56,987 nt of DNA. It comes from a virus. Lineage: Duplodnaviria > Caudoviricetes. This document shows, in pieces, positions 45,102 through 55,165 of this stretch; within the stretch, counting starts at the first letter, position 1, and every line of letters begins with the position of its first letter. The stretch covers positions 1 through 56,987 of IMG/VR virus record IMGVR_UViG_3300021964_000079; one strand, given 5' to 3'. The translations under genes were made by a program, and so were the position numbers. The notes beneath the pieces were generated by a model. That model made no database searches. It was not told the origin of the DNA and worked only from the letters and a program-made list of their open reading frames with translations.

Positions 45102-45887
45102 TCAATTCCCTTGTGTAACGCTTACACTGCATCCCCCCACTGTCGCACAACTTTGCGATAGACTATACGATTGTGCTGTGCCGCCCTGTTGTTTTAGGTC
45201 TAGAGTTGTTGAGTAAGACCCCGAAACTGTTACTGTAGCACTGTGTGCAGCATTACCAGTTTGTACCATATCAATATTATTAGTATCGTTATTCACAGTC
45301 AAGTTCATTGTTTTACTCACGTTACTATCTTGTCGCATGTAAATATCGTTGCTATCTCCGTATATATAGGTCACCATGCTATGTTCATGTCCAGAGTTAT
45401 TTGACCTTTGACTTCCTAAAAATGTATTGCTTGACCCGTGAATATCAAGTATTATAGAATGACCACCATGTTCTACTGTATCAGACGAAGCAACACCGCC
45501 AGCTGTCACGGTATATCCCTGATAAAACTCAACATCATTACTATCGCCCTTTATGTGAAATTCAAACCTGTCTCCACCACAGGTTGATTGATTGCACAAT
45601 TGTTTTACCAATAGAGAATTACTGTCGCCGTCGAGGTCACCACCCCATGATGCACCAGAGCCCCAAGCAGAAGTATATCCAACGTAACCGTCTTTACCCT
45701 CTTGTGTTATGTTGATGGTATTGTTTCCACCGCCATGACTCATATTAATTTCATTATCATTTCCATCTACATCCACAGTGATACTATTCGAATTACCAGT
45801 GGTAACTTGATTGATTATAACTGAATTGCCTGCAAAAGCAATGTTAGTCAGACTGAGTAATAGTAATGATATTAGAAGCGTCTTCAT
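45102..45887 (-). CDS. Curlin-like secreted repeat protein (CsgA/CsgB-like)
   Basis: Signal peptide; repeated N.I.I.Q.G..N units rich in G/N/S/Q. Confidence 0.75.
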   Translation of the reverse strand: MKTLLISLLLLSLTNIAFAGNSVIINQVTTGNSNSITVDVDGNDNEINMSHGGGNNTINITQEGKDGYVGYTSAWGSGASWGGDLDGDSNSLLVKQLCNQSTCGGDRFEFHIKGDSNDVEFYQGYTVTAGGVASSDTVEHGGHSIILDIHGSSNTFLGSQRSNNSGHEHSMVTYIYGDSNDIYMRQDSNVSKTMNLTVNNDTNNIDMVQTGNAAHSATVTVSGSYSTTLDLKQQGGTAQSYSLSQSCATVGGCSVSVTQGN

Positions 45888-46905
45888 CTCTTGTTGTTAT
45901 CTCCGGCACGGGTGTACCCTGTGTAATGTTGATTGTATATCCATAGTCGTTTATCAAGTCTAGTTCTATTGTATTGTTTCCTACCCTTCGTATGATTCGT
46001 GTGCTGTTTCCGTCTACCAGTGTATTAACTTGTGTTGACTTATTAAATCCACTTGTCCTACCATCTATCAACTCTGACTGAGCCAAAGCAAGAGCAATCT
46101 GGTCAAGAATGTTACCTAGTAACTCCACATCCAAATCGTTAATGTCCAACTCGTTAAACTCAAACAAGTCTTCCTCTAGCTCATTCTTATCTAAAGCGGC
46201 AAACTCAAGAAAATCAATATCAAGTAAATTCTTGTTTGCCTTTGAGTCACTAAGCAATTTGATAAGTTTCTTCTTTGGTGGTTTGATAATCAATAAGTTG
46301 TTAATCTGGTCTAGTGTCAAATCTAGTATCACTGGTTTGGATGGTTTTGCTTCTCCTGTACCAACCACAGTTGACTGAAATGCTTGATTCATTATAACCT
46401 GTCCTACATCAGTCTCCACCGATATCTTACCCACTGTCCCGTCTTTATTAGGTAACAGAATAATTAAAGACTTACCAACCTCATCCACCGTCATACTGAA
46501 CGCCGTTCCCAACACACCAATTCTTGCTGTTGGTGTCCGAATGTCCACGTTCTGATTATTCAACTTCGCAATATTACCACTCGCATAACGCACCGTGCCA
46601 AGTGCAATATTCATAACCAACTTCGACCCCTTTCTAGAGTTAGGGTCATAGATAAACTCATCGATAACCAAGGCACTGTGGGCACTCACTGCTACGTTGG
46701 TGTCATCAACAAACTTGATACCAACATCGCCTTTACCAGTTTTCACCGTGTCCTTGAACTCGATATCAGAACCCTTTTGCAAAACAGAGTTTTCACCTGA
46801 CCGTTCTACAGAAGCATTCCCTTTGTGTTTCACCACATTTCCAATAGCACCATAAGCACTGGTACTAAAGAGAATGATACTAATCGTCCATAGTAATCGT
46901 AACAC
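45844..46905 (-). CDS. FecR-domain secreted protein
   Basis: Signal peptide; D.VKTG.G...I.F.D.T......S.LVID, TPTA.IGV.GT.F. Confidence 0.85.
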   Translation of the reverse strand: MLRLLWTISIILFSTSAYGAIGNVVKHKGNASVERSGENSVLQKGSDIEFKDTVKTGKGDVGIKFVDDTNVAVSAHSALVIDEFIYDPNSRKGSKLVMNIALGTVRYASGNIAKLNNQNVDIRTPTARIGVLGTAFSMTVDEVGKSLIILLPNKDGTVGKISVETDVGQVIMNQAFQSTVVGTGEAKPSKPVILDLTLDQINNLLIIKPPKKKLIKLLSDSKANKNLLDIDFLEFAALDKNELEEDLFEFNELDINDLDVELLGNILDQIALALAQSELIDGRTSGFNKSTQVNTLVDGNSTRIIRRVGNNTIELDLINDYGYTINITQGTPVPEITTRDEDASNIITITQSD

Positions 46906-47563
46906 TGTGATTTGACCCCACTGTTGTCACATCTACAGCTCCATCATAGGCACCACCCTGTGTAATTGAAAATGTGCTAGATGAACCAGTGTGATGAAGA
47001 GTTGTGTCTTGATCAGCAGCACCAGTGTGTGTTGATGTAATCGTATTACTCCCGCCGATAGCTGTGATGTTCGTCACCTTCTTGTCACCAACACCCATTG
47101 TAGCAGTGCTGTTTTCATTTACTGTAATAGTATTGCTATCGCCTGTCGCAGTGATATCAATATCAGCATCATCGGTTGCAGCATTATTACCCACGTTCAC
47201 TGTTGTTGTATTTGAACTGCCAGTGATTGTTTGGATAATACTATTGTCATCAGATGCAGAGTTAGCACCAACAGATACGTTAGACGTATTACTATTACCT
47301 GTCTGATTTATTGTCAATGTCTGTGTTGCACCGACAACAGATGCAGCAATGGTGTTAGTGTTACCAACCTGATCAATGTCTAACGTCTGGCTGTCACCTG
47401 TTAGAGTAACATCAGTTGTATCATCACCGAACTTATTGGTCTGTCCATCTTGATTGATGTTTGCAGTCAGGCTCGCACCAGACTGTGTTATGTATACGTC
47501 GCTCGCATAACTCACACTACACATAACAAAGTAAGCGAGTATTGTAAGTATGCTCGTTCTCAT
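46880..47563 (-). CDS. Curlin-like secreted repeat protein (CsgA/CsgB-like)
   Basis: Signal peptide; I.Q.G..N repeats (INQDGQTN, IDQVGNTN, INQTGNSN). Confidence 0.78.
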   Translation of the reverse strand: MRTSILTILAYFVMCSVSYASDVYITQSGASLTANINQDGQTNKFGDDTTDVTLTGDSQTLDIDQVGNTNTIAASVVGATQTLTINQTGNSNTSNVSVGANSASDDNSIIQTITGSSNTTTVNVGNNAATDDADIDITATGDSNTITVNENSTATMGVGDKKVTNITAIGGSNTITSTHTGAADQDTTLHHTGSSSTFSITQGGAYDGAVDVTTVGSNHSVTITMDD

Positions 47564-48348
47564 TTGATTTTCTCCTCTTTAAATTTCCATAATTCTTTTT
47601 GCTCACCTTCCTTGATTATTTCAATAACTGCTTGTTCAATTGCTTTTCTCACAGCGTAGGTAGTGGACTCATTGTCCGTTATCCCTGCTTCAGTCTCCAG
47701 CAATTTAGTTCCCATATCTAAAAATTTAAACACTGTGGCAGATAACTTTGTACTCAGAATAGTTTTCTGAGAACTGACTGCCAAAAGTACTTCACCTGTC
47801 TGTACAGATATTAATCGTAAAGCCACTGTTACCATGTCCTTACGATATTCATCAGATACACCAATACCCAGATATCTTACCCCCATACCACCTGTACTTG
47901 TATTGGTGTCATACCCAACTATGCCCCCTGTCAGCAATACTCCCGCAAACAATAGGGGTTTAATCTTTTCTGCCGTATCTCCGTCATAGTTCTTTCTTGT
48001 GTTTCGTATAATCTGTCTTTCTTTTAACAGATTTTCCAGTTCCATTCTTTCTATGACTTGAAACCACTCGCCCTTACCTGCTTTCTTTAGGGCTTGGATT
48101 AACCATATATCTCCACCTTGTGTCACTGCACTACTTAGTAATGCAAGTGATGAGCTGGATTTTCTTTGTCCTGTTACGTCATTGAACTTATACACCGCAA
48201 CCGGCACCTTACGTTCAGGTGGTGTTATGTTGTATAGTTCATCTACTAACGGCACAGTACTAGGTACAGGAGCATCCTGTGGTTGGATGCTCGCACAACT
48301 AGAAAGTAAAGTCGCCAACAGGAACAGTGATAACAGTCGTACTACCAT
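47560..48348 (-). CDS. csgG: Curli secretion channel CsgG
   Basis: Lipobox LSSC; VAVY.F.D.TGQRK, SAVTQG, WF.V.ER..L.NL.KERQIIR, GGIVGYD. Confidence 0.93.
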   Translation of the reverse strand: MVVRLLSLFLLATLLSSCASIQPQDAPVPSTVPLVDELYNITPPERKVPVAVYKFNDVTGQRKSSSSLALLSSAVTQGGDIWLIQALKKAGKGEWFQVIERMELENLLKERQIIRNTRKNYDGDTAEKIKPLLFAGVLLTGGIVGYDTNTSTGGMGVRYLGIGVSDEYRKDMVTVALRLISVQTGEVLLAVSSQKTILSTKLSATVFKFLDMGTKLLETEAGITDNESTTYAVRKAIEQAVIEIIKEGEQKELWKFKEEKIK

Positions 48349-48853
48349 TTGCATCCACAATCGTTAAATCTACGGTTTCGCTACTTTTGACATAACTAAT
48401 TGTTGTACCCTCAAAAGTAACTGTACCGGAAGTTGAAGCCTCTTCTCCAAACATACTATCTACTAGTTGTTTTGAAAGTTGTGCATATATTCTTGATTCC
48501 ACATTCTTCATAAATTTAGAAAGGTTTGTATTTGCAGCATCTCGTATTGCTTGACGTTCAGCAGCTTCTTTCTTTTCTCTAATTGCTTGCGACCTTGAAA
48601 ACTCTTGGTTCTCAATGGTCAAAACATGTGCGCTGTATCCCTGACCACTAAATGCGGGTGACTTCCATGTGTGAGTAAGTTCCCCAGCATGTGAAGGTGA
48701 GAGGAATGCACATCCGAAAGCAAAGAGCGCACCGACAAATGCCCCTATCAAGAATGATTTGAGCATATCACTATCGTGCCAGATTGCCTGATTTTTAAAG
48801 AATACATCAGAAGCATGATGACCTGTTTTTAGACTGAAAAAGTTCCTACTCAT
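48299..48853 (-). CDS. csgF: Curli assembly protein CsgF
   Basis: AGEL.H..KSPAFSG mature N-terminus (CsgF F.NP.FGG-like), SRIY.QLS.QL, T.I.VP; adjacent to csgG. Confidence 0.8.
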   Translation of the reverse strand: MSRNFFSLKTGHHASDVFFKNQAIWHDSDMLKSFLIGAFVGALFAFGCAFLSPSHAGELTHTWKSPAFSGQGYSAHVLTIENQEFSRSQAIREKKEAAERQAIRDAANTNLSKFMKNVESRIYAQLSKQLVDSMFGEEASTSGTVTFEGTTISYVKSSETVDLTIVDANGSTTVITVPVGDFTF

Positions 48854-49100
48854 CCTTCTTCTCCTTTTCTATGTCACGAAGTTCCAGAATCGTATTGATT
48901 TTCTGGTCCATTCTTATCATGTCATTATCAAGCATCCTTACTCTGTCAATGAGAGATATAGTTGTCATCGTAGCTTTGTCGAGTGCGGGTAAAATTTGTT
49001 GAGTCACATACTTCCATATAAAAAATATAAAATAACCCATACCAACAGCCATGACAACAGTTATACCTTCGTCTTGAACCGCTTTAATAATATCTTCCAC
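48846..49100 (-). CDS. Small TM + coiled-coil protein (paralogue of the upstream ORF)
   Basis: GTG start after AAAGGA; LIDRVRMLDNDMIRMD. Confidence 0.6.
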   Translation of the reverse strand: MEDIIKAVQDEGITVVMAVGMGYFIFFIWKYVTQQILPALDKATMTTISLIDRVRMLDNDMIRMDQKINTILELRDIEKEKKDE

Positions 49101-49104
49101 ACAA

Positions 49105-49383
49105 CTAATCCTTTCTGGCATCCTCCTTGCCATCGGCCGCAGACATCCTTCTGACATCTGGCTTCACACCCAATACATGGCATACCAAAGAATCTAATCG
49201 TACAATTTCATTATTAAGAGTTTTGACACGGTTATCCAACGCCGAAATCAACATATTCAAATTTGACGCCGCATCCACAACAGAAGCGAGAATATATTTT
49301 AGGAGAATAACAATAAAAACACCACCACCTAGTACAGCAGTGATGGTAAAACCTAACTCAGCAATAACACCAAAGATTTCCAT
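49105..49383 (-). CDS. Small TM + coiled-coil protein
   Basis: AGGAG RBS; LDNRVKTLNNEIVRLD; CTAAATA late-promoter variant upstream. Confidence 0.65.
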   Translation of the reverse strand: MEIFGVIAELGFTITAVLGGGVFIVILLKYILASVVDAASNLNMLISALDNRVKTLNNEIVRLDSLVCHVLGVKPDVRRMSAADGKEDARKD

Positions 49384-49422
49384 ACGGTATTCTCCTATGG
49401 ATATTTAGGTTATTCGATTCGT

Positions 49423-49764
49423 TTAGGACGATTTTTCGTGTAATTTAACGAAATATTCAGCATCAACCACTACAAGAGGTTTTTGGTTGTTGCGTTTAAT
49501 GAACACTACGGGTTCATAATCACCAGAGTTTGACTCTGCTTGTTCGTATGATTTCCACACATTAAGGGATTCTTGGTTCTTACACTCAATAGAATACGGA
49601 AACTTCTCTCTCGCAGCACGGGCCATGATAAGGTCTTCACCCCCTGCACCCATACTGCGAGACTCTACATCCTCTGGATGTACGTCAAGTTGTTCAATCA
49701 GCTGATCACGAACCCACTGTTGGAATCTACGACCTTTTGCCTTTGCTGAACTCGTTTTCACCAT
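49423..49764 (-). CDS. PD-(D/E)XK nuclease, Holliday-junction-resolvase-like
   Basis: SAKAKGR..Q, SMGAGGED, SIECKNQE. Confidence 0.7.
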   Translation of the reverse strand: MVKTSSAKAKGRRFQQWVRDQLIEQLDVHPEDVESRSMGAGGEDLIMARAAREKFPYSIECKNQESLNVWKSYEQAESNSGDYEPVVFIKRNNQKPLVVVDAEYFVKLHEKSS

Positions 49765-49909
49765 TGTCTCCAAGCGTTTGCAATGATAGCAAAACACGTT
49801 ACTATATGTAGGATAACCCAGACAGTCCTGATTATTGCAACCCTGTCTGCTTTTTTATCTTCATCAAATGATTTAGACCCAATTGCCTTACACCAATATT
49901 TCCACATGT

Positions 49910-50344
49910 TCATGGTGTAACCGTAATGTCTTTAACTCTATATGGTTGATTAAGAATCCAATCAATCACGCCCACACAATATGATACAGTCATTTTTGGT
50001 GCGTCAATATGAGCAACCCTATCAGTATCAAAACGACCAAACCTTACAATCGTCGTATCTATTCCTAGATAATATAATTGATCGTTAGCAAAGTCTAGTG
50101 CTGCTTTTTCAGTTGGATAAGTTCTAATCCTATTTCCACGTTGATCCGGTGAGTTTGACCCTATGTTGATTATACGTTTGTTGAGTTCAGCAGCCTTATA
50201 TAATAGATCAACTTGTTGAAACCCATCGTGCTTACAATTAATGAACACATCACATTCTTCTAGAGTATCTACTGTGTCATAGAATATACTAAGTGCTTGA
50301 CCAAGACCTCTCCTTGTTCCAGTAATATAAAAATTACTCATCAC
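49910..50344 (-). CDS. Minimal short-chain dehydrogenase-like protein
   Basis: ITGTRRGLG, FINC, IINIGS, Y...K. Confidence 0.7.
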   Translation of the reverse strand: MMSNFYITGTRRGLGQALSIFYDTVDTLEECDVFINCKHDGFQQVDLLYKAAELNKRIINIGSNSPDQRGNRIRTYPTEKAALDFANDQLYYLGIDTTIVRFGRFDTDRVAHIDAPKMTVSYCVGVIDWILNQPYRVKDITVTP

Positions 50345-50486
50345 CGTACTCTTCTACTTCATCTTCAAGTTCTTCTGCGAGCTCACCCCCACAGAATACA
50401 CAAAACTTTATAAAATAATAATGATCATCCATCCCATGTTTAATACGAAACTCAGCTTCACATTCTTCACATACTATAAGTTTCAA
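50334..50486 (-). CDS. Small zinc-ribbon protein (50 aa)
   Basis: Manual translation from TTG: CEECEAEF...FCVFCG, acidic tail. Confidence 0.6.
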   Translation of the reverse strand: MKLIVCEECEAEFRIKHGMDDHYYFIKFCVFCGGELAEELEDEVEEYGDE

Positions 50487-51733
50487 TCTACTGCCTCATA
50501 TGCGTCATCCCAGTTACCTGATAATCCTGCCACCTCATACTCCGTAACACGGTTCTCAAAAAAGTTAGTATGATCTGCACCATTCAGTACCCACTCTAAC
50601 CAAGGTAAAGGATTTTCCTTCACCTTGAAATTGGTTTTCAAACCCAACTGCAACAAACGTCTGTCTGTTATATACCTTATATATGATTTTACTTCAGACG
50701 CATCTAGACCTTCAATCTCACCCATCTTATAAGCAAGGTCAACGAACTTGTCTTCCAACTTGACTGCAAGTCGAGCCATTGTATAAATGTCTCCCTTGAA
50801 ATCATCGTCAACCACCTTGGGGTGTTCAACACAGAACTGACGAAACACCTTTGCGTTTCCTTCGACATGCATAGACTCATCACGGATTGACCACTCGACA
50901 ACCTTGCCCATACCCTTCATCTTACCGAACCGTTGGAAGTTGAGAAGCATAACAAATGATGCAAACAGTGCAACACCCTCGTTGAACACAGACTTTGCAA
51001 GTGCAAGTCCTAGCCCCTTCATGGTAGTATTGTCGGACTCCTGCATGAACTCAATCTTATTGACCATCTCCTTGTATTCAAGAAATGCATGGTACTCACT
51101 GTCTGGTAATCCAAGTGTCTCATTCAGTAGAGCATATGCCCGTTGATGAATACCCTCACGAGCTGCAAAGGAACCAAGCATGTTACGGATTTCATTATTC
51201 TTGAACTTGGGAATGAACTGGTCATAGTAGTTCTGACCCACTGCAACATCTGACTGTGTGAACAGACGTAGAATATTGGTGACGTAATCTTTCTCAACCT
51301 GAGTGACCTTACCGGACTTCCAATCTGATACATCTTCTGACAAATCAAGTTCGTCCTCAATCCAGTGTGCCTTCTCATGTCGTGTGGTAATCTCTACTGC
51401 CCACGGGTAGTGAAAAGGTTTATAGGTTTCACTGAACTGCAATAGTCCACCACCACTACGTTTCTTTAATAGATCATCGCCTACCTTCATTAGTTCATCA
51501 TACCCACCGATACGTTTGTCATCAATGAAGATTTGAGGAACAGAATTAACTCTACGAGTATTCATCTCACCTACCACTTCGGTAGCACCATTGATTGTCT
51601 GATAGAACGCAAGACGTTCCTCTTCATTATCAATCAACTCTTCTTCATACTCAAACGCATGTTCCTTCAACCAATTCTTTGCCATCGAACAAAATGGACA
51701 ATCTGTTTTTGTTACTACTCTTATCCCTGACAC
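50483..51733 (-). CDS. nrdB: Class Ia ribonucleotide reductase beta subunit with N-terminal glutaredoxin fusion
   Basis: CPFC...VPQIFID...IGGY Grx domain, then KPF.YPWA, EGIH, DESMH, NFFE. Confidence 0.93.
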   Translation of the reverse strand: MSGIRVVTKTDCPFCSMAKNWLKEHAFEYEEELIDNEEERLAFYQTINGATEVVGEMNTRRVNSVPQIFIDDKRIGGYDELMKVGDDLLKKRSGGGLLQFSETYKPFHYPWAVEITTRHEKAHWIEDELDLSEDVSDWKSGKVTQVEKDYVTNILRLFTQSDVAVGQNYYDQFIPKFKNNEIRNMLGSFAAREGIHQRAYALLNETLGLPDSEYHAFLEYKEMVNKIEFMQESDNTTMKGLGLALAKSVFNEGVALFASFVMLLNFQRFGKMKGMGKVVEWSIRDESMHVEGNAKVFRQFCVEHPKVVDDDFKGDIYTMARLAVKLEDKFVDLAYKMGEIEGLDASEVKSYIRYITDRRLLQLGLKTNFKVKENPLPWLEWVLNGADHTNFFENRVTEYEVAGLSGNWDDAYEAVD

Positions 51734-53526
51734 GCAACACACTCCTCTTGACTCATAGCCTGAGTCTCATAATCTTTCAGTGCTTCACGCACTACCTTGG
51801 TTGATACGTTCTCTGCTTTGTTTGAAGTTTCTGTTCGTAAGTAATACAACCCCTTACATCCCAACTTCCAAGCATTATAGTGTACTTTATGTAGGTCTAC
51901 CTTCGATGCTCCTGATGGAAAGAATATATTTAGAGACTGACCCTGACATAGATACTTTTGACGATCTGCGGCTTGAGTTACGATTGCGTTCTGGTTAATT
52001 TCAATAGCAGTCCTAAATATACTCTTTACCTCTGGTGACAGAAAACTTAGATGTTGAACAGAACCACCATTGGTGATGATTGAACTCCAAGTTGTCGCAT
52101 CATTCTTATTTACCTTCATCAATTCCGCTTCAAGATACTTGTCCTTGACCAGATGTGAACCAGCACGGGTTCTATGCGTGTATGCATTTGCCTTACTAGG
52201 TTCAATAGATGGTGATGTACCACAGATAATAGAACTGTTAGCATTAGGTGCAATGGCCAATAGATGGGAATTGCGACGACCTGTGCGTTCCATGTCTGGA
52301 CACTCACCACTTTCTGTTGCTAGTTTTAATGTCTCTGCAACTGCCTCTGATTTGATATGTTCAAAGATTTGAATGTTCTTAACCGCAGCAGTATCGGACT
52401 CAAAAGGAATATGATTCTTGTGTAGATAGGAATGCCAACCCATTGCACCCAAACCAAGGGATCGTTCTTGTGAAGCAGAGAAACGAGCACGACTAATCTC
52501 ATCACCAGAATTGTCAATGAAGAACTGAAGTACGTTGTCTAGGAATCGAATAAGGTCACGAATCATTGGTGTGTCCTTCCATTCGTCATACTTCTCCAGA
52601 TTGACAGATGATAAGCAACACACAGCAGTGCGGTCATCATTGGTAGGTAGATGAATCTCATTACACAGGTTAGACCCGTTAATCTTTAATCCTTTGTCTT
52701 TCATGGTCTGTGGTAATGCACGATTAGCAGTATCAATGAAGTTTAGATAGGGTTCACCTGTGCGATAACGAATCTCTAGGATTGTCTCCCATAACTTCCT
52801 TGCCTTCATACTGTCACGGGCATCTTGTTCGTTAGGGTCAACCAAGTCCCACATCTCATCTCGTTCTACAGCTCGCATGAATGCATCCGTGATATTCACC
52901 GCATGGTGCAGATTTAGGTTCTTACGATTGACATCTCCTGTAGGAATACGCATATTAAGGAACTCAATAATATCAGGGTGGGATACATCCATGTATGCAG
53001 CGTATGACCCCTTACGGGTCTTCCCCTGTCGATATGCGGTCATATCAGCGTCCACTGTATGAATGAATGGCATAGGTCCGGGTGCCTTATCTGACACTGC
53101 ACGAACATCACTCCAATGTCCCCCGACTCCACCACCCTTGACTGACAACCACCGCAACTCAGCAGAATGGTCAATCAGTCCTTCCAGTGTATCGGGGACA
53201 TATGTAAGAAAGCAAGAGATAGGAAGAGCTCTTACCTTCTCACCCGGCATAGGAGCATTGGATAACACAGGTGACGCAAACATGAACCACCCGTCACTTA
53301 CATAATCGTAAATGCGTTGGGCAAGGTCCATGTCACCATATGAATACGCAACCGCTGCTCGTGCATATGCCTGTTGTGGTGATACCTCATCCTTTGTCTG
53401 GTAGTAATCTGTAAGTAACTTCTTAGCTTGTTCTGATAGAGATTGATCTTTTGTTCTGTCTATTTTGATTCCAACGTAGTCTTCTGTGGTTTCGAGGTAT
53501 ACAACTTCAGCGGTTGCGACTTCCAT
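51721..53526 (-). CDS. nrdA: Class Ia ribonucleotide reductase alpha subunit
   Basis: SPVLSN, PISCF, GSNLCNEI, IAPNANSS, KGLYYLR, C-terminal CVAC. Confidence 0.96.
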   Translation of the reverse strand: MEVATAEVVYLETTEDYVGIKIDRTKDQSLSEQAKKLLTDYYQTKDEVSPQQAYARAAVAYSYGDMDLAQRIYDYVSDGWFMFASPVLSNAPMPGEKVRALPISCFLTYVPDTLEGLIDHSAELRWLSVKGGGVGGHWSDVRAVSDKAPGPMPFIHTVDADMTAYRQGKTRKGSYAAYMDVSHPDIIEFLNMRIPTGDVNRKNLNLHHAVNITDAFMRAVERDEMWDLVDPNEQDARDSMKARKLWETILEIRYRTGEPYLNFIDTANRALPQTMKDKGLKINGSNLCNEIHLPTNDDRTAVCCLSSVNLEKYDEWKDTPMIRDLIRFLDNVLQFFIDNSGDEISRARFSASQERSLGLGAMGWHSYLHKNHIPFESDTAAVKNIQIFEHIKSEAVAETLKLATESGECPDMERTGRRNSHLLAIAPNANSSIICGTSPSIEPSKANAYTHRTRAGSHLVKDKYLEAELMKVNKNDATTWSSIITNGGSVQHLSFLSPEVKSIFRTAIEINQNAIVTQAADRQKYLCQGQSLNIFFPSGASKVDLHKVHYNAWKLGCKGLYYLRTETSNKAENVSTKVVREALKDYETQAMSQEECVACQG

Positions 53527-53535
53527 TTCTTGCTC

Positions 53536-54531
53536 CTATATCCTTCTCCAATCTGCGAACCTCAACTTTGCTGCGACACCGGAGAAGGTGTTATTTGTTA
53601 TGATGTCTTGTATTTCTTTCTTAGAATATCCCGCAATTATCATATCGTTGATATCCTTATATTCTATATTATCAGGCCACAGGCATACGCTTTTCCCCTG
53701 ATCAATCGTCTTCTCTATCTGTTTGTTGATCTCCTTATTTCTAGGTTCATTGTCATAGATGACTGTGAGGTCACCTTCCATATTACTAAAGTCTGCTCCG
53801 GCGACTGCAATGCAGTTATCTAGAAACAGACTATCTAACGGTCCTTCAACAACAAGAATAGGTTTACTCTTATCTACCTTATCCAGACCAAAAATCTTAT
53901 CACGATCTTCATCAATTTTGATGGTGATATACTTAGGTTGTTCATTACCAAAGGCTCTACCCTGATACGCAAACACCTCACCATCTTCACCACGGAACGG
54001 AATAAGCAACCTTGGATGATCACCATCCAAAGAAGGAAACTTACCTTTGATTATCGAATTCGTGAATTTAAAAAATGACTCGCATAGATACAAATCGGAG
54101 AGCGATTCCACAGGGAGTTTTCGTCTTTCAACAATCTGTTTCGCTGGGTGGTCATCAGGTAGGTTCTTAATAGATTTAAGCCCCTCAAGGATACCCTTTT
54201 TGCGAAACACTGGTGCATTGAATTTGAACTCCGGCTGGGGACTACTGCGAGTTTCGACCCCCTTTTTGTATCGTTCCATTATATAGTCTTTGTAGGTTTT
54301 TGAGTCGATTGTCTTGATCAGATTACCTAAAGACGCACCAGTGCCACAATTATGACACTTGAAGAACAGGTCATTCTTCTTACGGAAGACAAATCCCCTT
54401 GCCTTAATTCGTGATTTCTGGGAATCCCCACAATAGGGACAACGGAAGTTCCATAGATTATCGCCCTTCTTCTTGAACTGCTGAAGATAGGGGCTGATAA
54501 TGTTTAGGTATTTTGTATCAATATAAGACAT
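53536..54531 (-). CDS. gp61: DNA primase gp61
   Basis: CPYCGDS...CHNCG zinc finger, EGPLDSLF TOPRIM, DNEPRN, KDIND. Confidence 0.95.
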   Translation of the reverse strand: MSYIDTKYLNIISPYLQQFKKKGDNLWNFRCPYCGDSQKSRIKARGFVFRKKNDLFFKCHNCGTGASLGNLIKTIDSKTYKDYIMERYKKGVETRSSPQPEFKFNAPVFRKKGILEGLKSIKNLPDDHPAKQIVERRKLPVESLSDLYLCESFFKFTNSIIKGKFPSLDGDHPRLLIPFRGEDGEVFAYQGRAFGNEQPKYITIKIDEDRDKIFGLDKVDKSKPILVVEGPLDSLFLDNCIAVAGADFSNMEGDLTVIYDNEPRNKEINKQIEKTIDQGKSVCLWPDNIEYKDINDMIIAGYSKKEIQDIITNNTFSGVAAKLRFADWRRI

Positions 54532-54562
54532 TCATAGACAATAACAGGTCTATGGTAAAATG

Positions 54563-54994
54563 TCAAGTAAGATTCACCATTTTGTGTAAAATAAATCCTG
54601 CGACGATTGATGATCCGATAAGGACATGCCGCCATTTCTCTAGGACGCCCACCCTTGCAGCAAGTTCGTCCTTAATCTTCTGTATCTCTTTGTTCTGTTC
54701 AGTGTGCTGTTGAGCTGCAGCAGTCATAATCTCTTTTGTGTTTGTGGTGATACGAGAGTGCAATTCGTCTATCTTAGCAGTCAATTCTGTGCGACGGATT
54801 TCTAGTTTAGCAGCTGCTGCTACGGTGGCCTCTTCTTGTCGAGCAATCTTCTCTTCATGTACGGCAAGCATACGATGAATAGAGTTGGAGACATCAGTTA
54901 GTTTTTCAATCGCAACATCCAAACGGTCATGTATTTTTGCTTGGTCCTGCAACTCTTTTTTGAGAAGTTTAACCTCTGTCTCCAACTCTACCAT
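54563..54994 (-). CDS. Coiled-coil protein with a C-terminal TM segment
   Basis: MLAVHEEKI..QE, LEKWR + hydrophobic tail. Confidence 0.65.
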   Translation of the reverse strand: MVELETEVKLLKKELQDQAKIHDRLDVAIEKLTDVSNSIHRMLAVHEEKIARQEEATVAAAAKLEIRRTELTAKIDELHSRITTNTKEIMTAAAQQHTEQNKEIQKIKDELAARVGVLEKWRHVLIGSSIVAGFILHKMVNLT

Positions 54995-54999
54995 AATAT

Positions 55000-55164
55000 T
55001 TACTTCTCAGATTTCAACATGGTTAGAACACCCCATGCGATAGCTGCCATTGCAGCATATTTTGCAAATGGTCCAAGGAATAGTACAACTAGTCCAACAC
55101 CGATAAGTGCGCCGCCATCCCAAGAAGTACGTTCCATAATTCTGTTTTTAATCCAATCAAACAT
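55000..55164 (-). CDS. Small two-TM membrane protein (54 aa), holin candidate
   Basis: Manual translation MFDWIKNRIMERTSWDGGALIGVGLVVLFLGPFAKYAAMAAIAWGVLTMLKSEK; AAGGAG RBS. Confidence 0.65.
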   Translation of the reverse strand: MFDWIKNRIMERTSWDGGALIGVGLVVLFLGPFAKYAAMAAIAWGVLTMLKSEK

Positions 55165-55165
55165 A

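Noticed and set aside
51721-53526. Intein or intron in nrdA, gp41 or uvsX
   Set aside because: Lengths are normal and motifs contiguous
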